DNA from: an uncultured Desulfatitalea sp.
GTDB taxonomy: Bacteria; Desulfobacterota; Desulfobacteria; Desulfobacterales; Desulfosarcinaceae
Reading direction: 5' to 3'
Length of the DNA: 64,000 nucleotides
NCBI GenBank assembly: GCA_963668675.2
Contig: CAXXMB010000002.1
Span: 1,792,001 to 1,856,000 of the forward strand
Shown here: in pieces, positions 19,065-27,288 of the stretch
Numbering within the stretch: the first letter of the stretch is position 1
How the letters are laid out: each line of letters opens with the position of its first letter
Made by a program: the position numbers and the translations under genes
The notes under the pieces: model-generated
What the model saw: only the letters and a program-made list of their open reading frames with translations
Database searches by the model: none
Told to the model about the DNA's origin: nothing

Positions 19065-21734
19065 ATGGGCCAACACAATCTGAACCGTATGTTTGCACCG
19101 CGCACGGTTGCCGTGGTGGGCGCCAGCGAAAAAGCAGGCACCATCGGAAACGCCTTGATGCGAAATCTTATGGATGGCGGGTTTCCGTTTCCCGGAATTG
19201 TGCTGCCGGTGAATCCGAAGTATGCCACCCTCCACGGGCGGGCGTGCTTCGAATCGGTGTCCGCCCTGGAGACGGGCGTGGACCTCGCCGTTATCGCCAC
19301 GCCGATTCACAGTGTGGCCGATATCGTCAGCGAATGCGTCGAAAAAAAGATCGGCGGCGCCGTCATCATTTCGGCGGGAGGCAAGGAGATCGGCGAACCG
19401 GGGCAGGAGATAGAGGAAGAAATTCGGCGAATCGCCGCCGGCCGGTTGCGTATCGTGGGGCCGAACTGCATGGGCATTATTCGGCCCAAGGTAAATCTCA
19501 ACGCCAGCTTTGCCGCGGAGATGCCCGTGGCCGGAAATCTGGCCTTTGTATCCCAGAGCGGTGCCATTTGTACGGCGATTCTCGATCTGGCGTTAAAGGA
19601 GCGCATCGGCTTCAGCCATTTTGTCAGCATCGGCTCCATGCTGGACGTCGATTTTGGAGACATCATCGATTATCTAGGAAATGACGCCTCGGCCAGAAGC
19701 ATTCTATTGTACGTCGAAAGCCTCACGAATTTCCGCAAATTCATGAGTGCCGCGCGTTCCGTGTCCCGGATCAAACCCATCATCGTTCTCAAATCCGGTA
19801 TCAGTGCCGCCGGCGCCAAAGCCGCTGCCTCTCACACGGGCGCCATGGCCGGAGAAGATGCGGTCTATGACGCTGCCTTCAAGCGCGCCGGCATCGTGCG
19901 GGTGGACACCATCGAAGAACTCTTCGACTGCGCAGAGCTGATGGCCAAGCAACCGCGCCCGCGCGGCGGCCGGCTGGCGATCCTCACCAATGGCGGCGGG
20001 CCGGGCGTGATGGCCACGGACACGCTGGCCCGGTATGGCCAGGTGCCCGCGCCCCTTGACGCTAAAACGCTGCAAGCCTTTGATGGGTTCCTGCCGGCCT
20101 TCTGGAGCCGGGGCAATCCCATCGATATTCTTGGAGATGCTTCCGCGGAGCGCTTCGGCCGTGCCATGGAGGTATGCTTCAACTCGCCAAACCTGGACGG
20201 TGTGCTGGTGATCCTTGCGCCCCAGGCCCTGACCGATCCGTTGGCCGTGGCCGATACGCTGGCGGCCGCTTTAAAGGTGCGCACCTATCCGATCTTTGCC
20301 TGCTGGATGGGCGGTAAGCGCATCGGCAAGGCCGTGGACGTTTTGAATGAAGCGGGAATCCCGACCTATGATACGCCCGAACGGGCGGTCCGGGCGTTTC
20401 TATATATGGTCGAATATGCCCGGAATCATGAAATGCTTTTGGAAATCCCGCCGAAGCTGCCCCGGCACATGGATTTCGATGAGGAAAAAGCTCACGCGCT
20501 GATCGCCGGGGCGCCGGCCCAGGGATTTTTGTCGGAAACGGACGCCAATGAGATTCTCGCGGCCTATGGCCTGCCCGTGGTCAAGCCCCGCATCGCCGAG
20601 ACCGAGGAGCAAGCCTTGGATATCGGCCGGGAGATGGGATACCCGCTGGTCATGAAAGTGCACTGCGCACAGATCACCCACAAAACCGACGCCGGTGGTG
20701 TTCGTCTGGATTTGCGCAGCGATGCCGATGTCAGCCAGGCCTACGCCCAAATCGTATCCTCGGCCCACCAATTCAAACCCGATGCCCACATCGAGGGTGT
20801 AACAATGCAGCCCTATTTTTCAAAGCCGGATTATGAAATCCTGCTGGGTGCCAAGCGGGACCCCAATTTCGGTCCTGTGATTTTGTTCGGCATGGGCGGT
20901 ATTTACACGGAAGTATTAAAAGACAGATCCCTGGGACTGCCCCCCATGAACCGATTGCTGGCCCGGCGACTGATGGAGGAAACCAAAGCCTACTCCTTGT
21001 TGAAAGGATACCGAAACCGTCCCGCCGCCGACATGGAGCGACTCGAAGAGATGATCATCCGGCTGTCGCAACTTCTGATCGATTTTCCCGAAATTGCCGA
21101 ATTGGACATGAATCCAGTGCTCATTAAGGACGGCAATCCCGTGGTGGTCGATGCCAGGCTGCTCCTTTCACCGCCGCCGGCGCCTTCCTCACTGCATTTG
21201 GTGATCGGTCCGTATCCGGAGGAGGAAGAGTCCCATATGGTCGTCGCGGATGGGCACCCTGTTTTTATCCGGCCCGTCAAGCCTGAGGACGCCCCGCTTT
21301 TCACGGCGTTGTTCAAGACCCTGTCGCCCACGACGATTTACCAGCGTTTTTTCGGGGCGATAAAGGAACTGAATCCCGAAATGCTGGTCCGCTTCACCCA
21401 GATCGATTACGACCGCGAGATCGCGCTGGTGGCCATAGATGAAGATTCAGACACCGACTGCTTGTTGGGGGTGGCCAGAATCATCGGAGAGCCGGATGGA
21501 AAAACAGGAGAGTTTGCCGTAGTGGTGGGCGATGCCTGGCAAGGCCGGGGCATTGGGTCGAACCTGCTTGGAAAATGCCTGTCCATTGCCGAAAAGCAGG
21601 GCTTCACTACGGTTCATGGCGTCGTGTTAAAAGAGAACCAAAACATGCTCGCAATGGGAAAAAAGCTGGGGTTCGACATTAAAAGAGATGCCGACGGCGG
21701 AGACAATGAGCTGGTGATTCATTTTGGTTCGTAA
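19065..21734 (+). CDS. Acetate-CoA ligase-like/GNAT fusion (Pat/PatZ-type protein lysine acetyltransferase)
   Basis: VAVVGAS, GPNCMG, SQSGA, SHTGAMAG, HKTDAGGV, C-terminal GNAT FTQIDYDREIA...WQGRGIG. Confidence 0.92.
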   Translation: MGQHNLNRMFAPRTVAVVGASEKAGTIGNALMRNLMDGGFPFPGIVLPVNPKYATLHGRACFESVSALETGVDLAVIATPIHSVADIVSECVEKKIGGAVIISAGGKEIGEPGQEIEEEIRRIAAGRLRIVGPNCMGIIRPKVNLNASFAAEMPVAGNLAFVSQSGAICTAILDLALKERIGFSHFVSIGSMLDVDFGDIIDYLGNDASARSILLYVESLTNFRKFMSAARSVSRIKPIIVLKSGISAAGAKAAASHTGAMAGEDAVYDAAFKRAGIVRVDTIEELFDCAELMAKQPRPRGGRLAILTNGGGPGVMATDTLARYGQVPAPLDAKTLQAFDGFLPAFWSRGNPIDILGDASAERFGRAMEVCFNSPNLDGVLVILAPQALTDPLAVADTLAAALKVRTYPIFACWMGGKRIGKAVDVLNEAGIPTYDTPERAVRAFLYMVEYARNHEMLLEIPPKLPRHMDFDEEKAHALIAGAPAQGFLSETDANEILAAYGLPVVKPRIAETEEQALDIGREMGYPLVMKVHCAQITHKTDAGGVRLDLRSDADVSQAYAQIVSSAHQFKPDAHIEGVTMQPYFSKPDYEILLGAKRDPNFGPVILFGMGGIYTEVLKDRSLGLPPMNRLLARRLMEETKAYSLLKGYRNRPAADMERLEEMIIRLSQLLIDFPEIAELDMNPVLIKDGNPVVVDARLLLSPPPAPSSLHLVIGPYPEEEESHMVVADGHPVFIRPVKPEDAPLFTALFKTLSPTTIYQRFFGAIKELNPEMLVRFTQIDYDREIALVAIDEDSDTDCLLGVARIIGEPDGKTGEFAVVVGDAWQGRGIGSNLLGKCLSIAEKQGFTTVHGVVLKENQNMLAMGKKLGFDIKRDADGGDNELVIHFGS

Positions 21735-21766
21735 CCGTTAAGGACAAACTTATTAAGGAGAAATAC

Positions 21767-22168
21767 ATGAAAACAAACATGGGGTTGTGGATAGATCATC
21801 GCAAGGCGGTGATTGTGGCAGTTTCGGGCAAGGGGGAAGAAACAATCGTTATCGAATCAAAGGCAGAAAAACAGCCCGCACGGTTTGACGGGGTACGTTC
21901 GACGACCCCCTATGAATCTCAGAAGGTTCAAGCGGATGGTAGACAGGAGATAAAATTTACCGACAAACTCAACATTTACTACGATGAGGTCATTTCGGTT
22001 CTTCGTGACGCCGAGTCCATTTTGCTTTTTGGTCCTGGAGTGGCGAAGGGTGAACTGAAAACACGTTTAGAAGATGACCATCTCGCTCACCTCATACAAG
22101 CTGTGGAGACAGTTGATCAGATGACAGATCGCCAGATTGCAGCGAAAGTCCGGGAATACTTTAGCTAA
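21767..22168 (+). CDS. eRF1/host-attachment-like hypothetical protein
   Basis: GLWIDHRKAVIV...ILLFGPGVAKGEL...VETVDQMTDRQIAAKVREYF. Confidence 0.6.
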   Translation: MKTNMGLWIDHRKAVIVAVSGKGEETIVIESKAEKQPARFDGVRSTTPYESQKVQADGRQEIKFTDKLNIYYDEVISVLRDAESILLFGPGVAKGELKTRLEDDHLAHLIQAVETVDQMTDRQIAAKVREYFS

Positions 22169-22189
22169 AGCTCTCAAAGGAGAACACTC

Positions 22190-22438
22190 ATGATCGATAA
22201 AGACCAACTTTGCCGTAAGATCAGAGATATTTATCCGGACATTGGAGAATGCGGCGTTGATATTAATGTTGCATTCGATGAGACCAACCAGCGGTGGGCG
22301 GTCGATTTGAAAAAGGGTTCCCGCCGAATGAAGACCTTTCTGGAAGAAGGAGGCGCGGAATTCTGCCTACAAGGTGGACAGTGTGTCAGCCTGGGCATTG
22401 ATATCGGTCAATTGCACGACACTATCGCGCGCATGTAA
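22190..22438 (+). CDS. Hypothetical protein
   Basis: AAGGAG RBS, 82 aa, C-x4-C near the C-terminus. Confidence 0.7.
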   Translation: MIDKDQLCRKIRDIYPDIGECGVDINVAFDETNQRWAVDLKKGSRRMKTFLEEGGAEFCLQGGQCVSLGIDIGQLHDTIARM

Positions 22439-22509
22439 CGCAAGGTTCAGAGCCCCTGACGACCGGATGAACGTTGGCTGCACAAAGACTGCGGTCGCAA
22501 TGAGGGTGC

Positions 22510-23175
22510 ATGATGATAAGAATAAAGTTTTTTATAAAAATAGGAATCTGCAAGTCGACAACCCTGACAGTGCTTCTGATCTGTGCATTTATGGCTATGA
22601 TGCCCGGCTGCCGGTCCGATTCGAAAACCGATGGGTCATCGGGGGTCGTTGTCGTCCCCCATGGGTACATGGCCCGCCTGGAGCAGGTGCATGACGGCCG
22701 GATGATCGGGTTCGGTCCCTTCGTGGGCTATTATTTCCGGCCGGAGGACCCTGGGGATCTGAGCCGGCTGCGATTCGTCTGCTTCAACGAAAACCGATTC
22801 TACAGTTCGGACATGCCCAACGGTGCCAAACTATACGAAGGGACGGCGGTGCGGACGACGCTGCCCCAGGCCGATGGGGTGATCCCGGCCCAGGACAGGA
22901 TCAATCCGGTATTCTTTGGGGAAGCGCCCGAGGCCTGGCGCGAGACGCGGCCGGAGCCCCGGGATGAATTCGTGCATTTTCACTCCGGCTACGACGCTAC
23001 GGGACCGGTGCATACCGGATACTGGATTCGCCATGTGGCCGTCTCCGACTTCACCTATGACATGGGGGGGCGGGTCGGGCAAGAGAGCCCCCTGTATCAC
23101 CGGGTCAATAAAGGGCCTGACCGGGACTTTGCCAGGATCATCGAATTCGACAGGGGGCCAAAAAAAGACGATTGA
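22510..23175 (+). CDS. Hypothetical lipoprotein
   Basis: Hydrophobic segment ending MPGC; upstream of rhodanese-YeeE genes; start uncertain. Confidence 0.65.
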   Translation: MMIRIKFFIKIGICKSTTLTVLLICAFMAMMPGCRSDSKTDGSSGVVVVPHGYMARLEQVHDGRMIGFGPFVGYYFRPEDPGDLSRLRFVCFNENRFYSSDMPNGAKLYEGTAVRTTLPQADGVIPAQDRINPVFFGEAPEAWRETRPEPRDEFVHFHSGYDATGPVHTGYWIRHVAVSDFTYDMGGRVGQESPLYHRVNKGPDRDFARIIEFDRGPKKDD

Positions 23176-23243
23176 ACGGTATCTTTCCAGACTGACTCGA
23201 AACCATTGAAGACGATAAATTAGATGGGAAGGAGACAAATTAC

Positions 23244-24353
23244 ATGAAAAACGGCAAACGCATTCGTTATGCGGCAATCGCCGCGGTTTTGCTGCTCGGC
23301 GTCTACTGGTCGGCGGCTTCGGCGATCGGCGGCGCAGCCGGCAAAAATTATCCCAACGCCCGTTTCCTGGCCACCGCCCAGTGGCTGAAATCACACCAGG
23401 CGAACGCCTCCCTGGTGATCGTGGACGTCCGAATGGACAAATACGTTGAGGGGAAACTGATCCCCGGCGCCATCCGCATGCCCTGGCGGCAGTTCCAGTA
23501 CGACGATATCGCCGGCAACATGGGCGGGCTGTTCGTAGGGATCGTGCGTGCCCAGCAGCTGCTTGGCGAACACGGCATCGCCCGGAACGACACCGTGGTG
23601 CTTTACGATTCGGTGCAACGGGACGGCGGCGCCACCAGTTCCTACATTTTCTGGGTTCTCGACCTGCTGGGTCACAAAAACATGAAAGTGCTGGAGCGGG
23701 GCATCGACGGGTGGATCGATGCGGGCGGAGAAACGGTGCCCGAACCGCGCACGCCCGAGGCGGTCCTGTATCAAGCCCCGTCGGAAGAGATCAACCTGCG
23801 CAAATGGGTCAAGGCCGAGTACATGCTGCCACGGCTCGGTGATCCCTATTATCAGATCATAGATGTCCGGTCCCGGGAAGAATACCTGGGTGAAAAACCC
23901 GATAACGGCCTGGATGGCACGGCGCTCAAACTGGGGCATGTCCCGACGGCAACTAACAGCGACTACACCCTCAACTGGACCACCCCCGACATCAAGGCGC
24001 TTAAACCTTACGCGGTGTTGCAGGAACACTACCGAGGCCTCGACCCCGGCAAGGCCGTGATCCTTTATTGCCATTCGGCCCGTCGGGGATCATTTGGCTA
24101 TTTCGTCCTCAGGCTCATGGGCTTCGAAGACGTGATGCTTTATGAGGCCTCCTGGATGGAATGGGGCAATAAACGCTATTACTACCCGGTTGAAACCGCG
24201 GAAAACGTCCTCATCGGGGATCTCCTGCCGGGAACGTCGACAACACCCGCCACCCTCAACCGTCTGGGAAAGACAAACCGGAAAAGCGGCGCGGCCGCTG
24301 AACCCGGAGGCGACCGCGGCTCCAAAAGCGGGTACGTCTCCTGCGGAGGATAA
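23244..24353 (+). CDS. Exported tandem-rhodanese sulfurtransferase
   Basis: Signal peptide, VIVDVR, IPGAI, IIDVRSREEY, GHVP, active-site loop YCHSARR, LYEASWMEW; C-terminal SCGG. Confidence 0.9.
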   Translation: MKNGKRIRYAAIAAVLLLGVYWSAASAIGGAAGKNYPNARFLATAQWLKSHQANASLVIVDVRMDKYVEGKLIPGAIRMPWRQFQYDDIAGNMGGLFVGIVRAQQLLGEHGIARNDTVVLYDSVQRDGGATSSYIFWVLDLLGHKNMKVLERGIDGWIDAGGETVPEPRTPEAVLYQAPSEEINLRKWVKAEYMLPRLGDPYYQIIDVRSREEYLGEKPDNGLDGTALKLGHVPTATNSDYTLNWTTPDIKALKPYAVLQEHYRGLDPGKAVILYCHSARRGSFGYFVLRLMGFEDVMLYEASWMEWGNKRYYYPVETAENVLIGDLLPGTSTTPATLNRLGKTNRKSGAAAEPGGDRGSKSGYVSCGG

Positions 24354-24357
24354 GCCC

Positions 24358-24900
24358 ATGGAACATACGAACAGAGAACCCATCCCTTATTGGCATTGGA
24401 TCCCGGCCGCGTTTGCTCTGGCGGGCATCATCGTCTTTATTTTTGCCACCTTTGGGCCACCGGCCTCTTCCAGCGGATTCGTCAGCGCCCTCAAAGGCTT
24501 TTTCGAATGGGTGGCGCCGGGTTACGCGGCCTCCAAGGTCCACTACAAGGCCATTCCAGGACCCGGCTCGTGGCTTTTCGCCTTTGTATTGGGCATGGCC
24601 ATCGGCGGCTTTATCGCCGGACGGACATCCAAAAAAATTCCGGTGCGCAATATGCCGCCCATCTGGAGGAAGCGCTTTGGCGACAGCCGGGCCAAACGAT
24701 ATGCGGCCACCTTTTTCGGCGGATTCCTGATCCTTTTCGGATCGCGGCTGGCCGGCGGCTGCACCCTGGGGCTTTTCATCTCCGGGTCGACGCAACTGGC
24801 CATCAGCGGCCTCTATTTCGGAGTCGTCATTTTTGCAGTGGCCATGCTCACCGCCCGGCTGATCTTCGGCAAAATAGCGCAAGAGGAGGATATCCAATGA
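24358..24900 (+). CDS. YeeE/YedE thiosulfate transporter family protein (half 1)
   Basis: GMAIGGFIAG, GGFLILFGSRLAGGCTLG. Confidence 0.85.
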   Translation: MEHTNREPIPYWHWIPAAFALAGIIVFIFATFGPPASSSGFVSALKGFFEWVAPGYAASKVHYKAIPGPGSWLFAFVLGMAIGGFIAGRTSKKIPVRNMPPIWRKRFGDSRAKRYAATFFGGFLILFGSRLAGGCTLGLFISGSTQLAISGLYFGVVIFAVAMLTARLIFGKIAQEEDIQ

Positions 24901-25523
24901 CACAAATTTGGCTGGGACTCTTTTCGGGCATCGCCTTCGGATTCGTCATCCAGCGCATCGGCGCCACCGACGCCCATCGGATGGCCCGGTCGCACCTGAT
25001 GCTGGACGCGGCCATCCCCCGGTTCATGGTTCTGGCGGTGGCCTTGTCCGCCGTGGGACTCTTAGGGCTCCAGGCAGTTGGCGTGGGGCGTACCCTGCCC
25101 CTGCCCACCAGCATCGTGGCCACGGGGCTGGCCGCGGTAATCTTCGGCATCGGGTGGGGGCTGACCGGGTACTGCCCAGGCACAACCTGGGCGGCCGCCG
25201 GCGAGGGGCGCATGGATGCGGTCTTCGCTCTGCTAGGCGGGCTGGCTGGTACGGCCCTTTTCGCCCAGTTGCACGAGACGCTGATCCCCATTTTATACGA
25301 CCCCACCAACATAGGTCAGATCACCCTGACGGATTTGTTGGGCAATCATGCCACAGCCGTCGCGGTTCTGGCTGCCGGTTTCGGCTTATGTGTCTGGGGC
25401 ATCGGAAAACTGTGGGGATCGGACAAACGGGTCGTTGCCTTCGAAGTGGAACCCGATTCGGAAACATCACCGGGCAACACTGAAAAACGACTGCGTAAAG
25501 GAGGTATCATGCAAGCCCATTAG
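24897..25523 (+). CDS. YeeE/YedE family protein (half 2)
   Basis: GIAFGFVIQR, IFGIGWGLTGYCPGT; ATGA overlap. Confidence 0.85.
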   Translation: MTQIWLGLFSGIAFGFVIQRIGATDAHRMARSHLMLDAAIPRFMVLAVALSAVGLLGLQAVGVGRTLPLPTSIVATGLAAVIFGIGWGLTGYCPGTTWAAAGEGRMDAVFALLGGLAGTALFAQLHETLIPILYDPTNIGQITLTDLLGNHATAVAVLAAGFGLCVWGIGKLWGSDKRVVAFEVEPDSETSPGNTEKRLRKGGIMQAH

Positions 25524-25622
25524 CCGGGATCACGAAGTGTTTATTTTAGACCACTTTGGACGGCGTATGCAGAAGAAGAATAATCATGAAGGGAAGAAAA
25601 ACACATCAAAGGAAGCAGAAAA

Positions 25623-26001
25623 ATGGCCAAAAAACTGGAAGTTTACAAGTGCAACGTTTGCGGAAATATAGTCGAAGTATTGCATGGCGGCGAAGGTGAA
25701 CTGGTCTGTTGCGGCCTAGCCGATGAAAAATCAAACTGAAAATACAGTGGATGCCGCCAAGGAAAAACATGTGCCGATCATTGAGAAGATTTCCGGCGGG
25801 GTCAAGGTCAAGATTGGAAGTGTCGCGCATCCCATGGAAGAAAAACACGCTATTGAATGGATAGAGATTATTGCCGACGGCAAGGCATATCGGCAGTTTT
25901 TAAAGCCGGGGGGTAAACCGGAAGCGACCTTCCAGATTAAGGCTGAAAAGATTCGGGCAAGAGAGTACTGCAATCTTCATGGCCTTTGGAGTGGACAATA
26001 G
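25623..26001 (+). pseudogene. dfx: Desulfoferrodoxin (superoxide reductase) with +1 frameshift
   Basis: [25 protein letters not shown], then GGC-CTAG-CCG-ATG (extra base), then [21 protein letters not shown]. Confidence 0.88.
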
Positions 26002-26011
26002 ATTCGTCGCA

Positions 26012-26119
26012 GGCAAGGTTATCGGCAAACAGCGTCGCACGGCCCAGGCCATGAGGACACTCATCGCAGCCGTCTCATCAAAAATCAGAAAACGTGCGGT
26101 CCTTGGAACCGCTGAGTGA
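26012..26119 (+). pseudogene. khpA: 3' remnant of a second khpA copy
   Basis: DNA near-identical to 11110-11217; homology continues to ~26415 versus ~11390. Confidence 0.85.
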
Positions 26120-26247
26120 AGAACAATCAAACAGACGTCGCCAACTCTGAAAACATGGGGTATCAATCACACATGCGGGGAGAAATATTTCAAGAGGCAC
26201 CCGCGCCAGGCAGATATCTGCCGCCGGGAGCATCAAATAACAACATA

Positions 26248-26369
26248 TTAAACCGGCAATTAAATACGCCAACCTTTGTCATCCCGGACTTGATCCGGGA
26301 TCCAGAAACGGTCTGGATTCCGGTTTCCGCCGGAATGACGCTTGCTATGGTTATTAATTGCCGGGTTAA
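26248..26369. mobile_element. 122-bp MITE-like element, copy 2, flanked by TA duplication
   Basis: TA|TTAAACCGGCAATTAAATA...TATTAATTGCCGGGTTAA|TA; absent at the paralogous site ~11345. Confidence 0.85.
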
Positions 26370-26486
26370 TAACTAGAGAGGAAGGGAAAGAACATAATAA
26401 GAAAAGAGATGATAAGGACTTAAGGCAATGAGTGCAAAAGAGATTAAGTATGGGCTTTGCCTCAATCATTTAAGGAGACAAACGAA

Positions 26487-26801
26487 ATGGGAATAAGAAA
26501 AGCTTACTTAATATCGACAATAGTTTTGCCTTCATTCTTTCTTGCTTGTACACAATATCCTATCGGCCGCATGGGCAACTGGGATCATATGATAGGATAC
26601 GCTACGGGTGGAGGATTTATGTGGTTAATCATCGTTCTTATCGTCGGTGTGGCTATCTATCTCACGCTCCAGGCCTCAAAATCAAAAGACCCCAAGAGTT
26701 CGATCATTGATTCGCAATTAGATATTTTGAAGAAGCGTTACGCCAAGGGTGAAATCGACACGGAAGAATTCGACCGCAAGAAGAAGGACCTGGAATCATA
26801 A
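26487..26801 (+). CDS. SHOCT-domain membrane protein
   Basis: GGGFMWLII TM segment, DILKKRYAKGEIDTEEFDRKKKDL. Confidence 0.85.
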   Translation: MGIRKAYLISTIVLPSFFLACTQYPIGRMGNWDHMIGYATGGGFMWLIIVLIVGVAIYLTLQASKSKDPKSSIIDSQLDILKKRYAKGEIDTEEFDRKKKDLES

Positions 26802-26849
26802 CCCGATAAAGGCAACCCTTCAGACCACGACAATCAGAGGCCGGAAATA

Positions 26850-26880
26850 GGTCATATATGACCAGCGGTTAAATATAACC
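26850..26880. promoter_or_regulatory. Tandem palindromic operator/UAS, copy C
   Basis: Perfect palindrome GGTCATATATGACC-agc-GGTTAAATATAACC. Confidence 0.75.
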
Positions 26881-26981
26881 CCATTTTACCGCCAACAATG
26901 GTAATCCGATAGAGACTATAGAAACCAACTAAGTATTAAATAACAGAAAGATAGATGGCTTCAGGTTGAATATTGGGAGGT

Positions 26982-26996
26982 TGGCACAAAGATTGA
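26982..26996 (+). promoter_or_regulatory. sigma54 promoter C (ZraP-like gene)
   Basis: TGGCACA-AAGA-TTGA, 132 bp after UAS copy C. Confidence 0.7.
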
Positions 26997-27288
26997 AATG
27001 ACATAGATCAGGGCGTCTCGGCGCAACTACTCCCGCAGGACGCATCGCTGCCGCCATTCTTTCGATGGCTTAAGCAGGATTGATTGAATCCATTACGCTA
27101 ACGCTAATGGTTATCAGGGAGATCAGGAAATGAGAACTAAACGTATCCACCTAATTTCGATACTTCTGGCAATGGTGTTTCCTTTCTTGTTGGCTACTTA
27201 CAGCTATGGGAGGGATATGGGCAGTGGCGGTTACAGAGATGGATATGGCTCCTACGAAACGATGGGCCAGGATCCTGATGAATTAATA

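Noticed and set aside
25700..25730. Programmed frameshift in dfx
   Set aside because: No slippery sequence at the shift; a single-base insertion or sequencing error explains it
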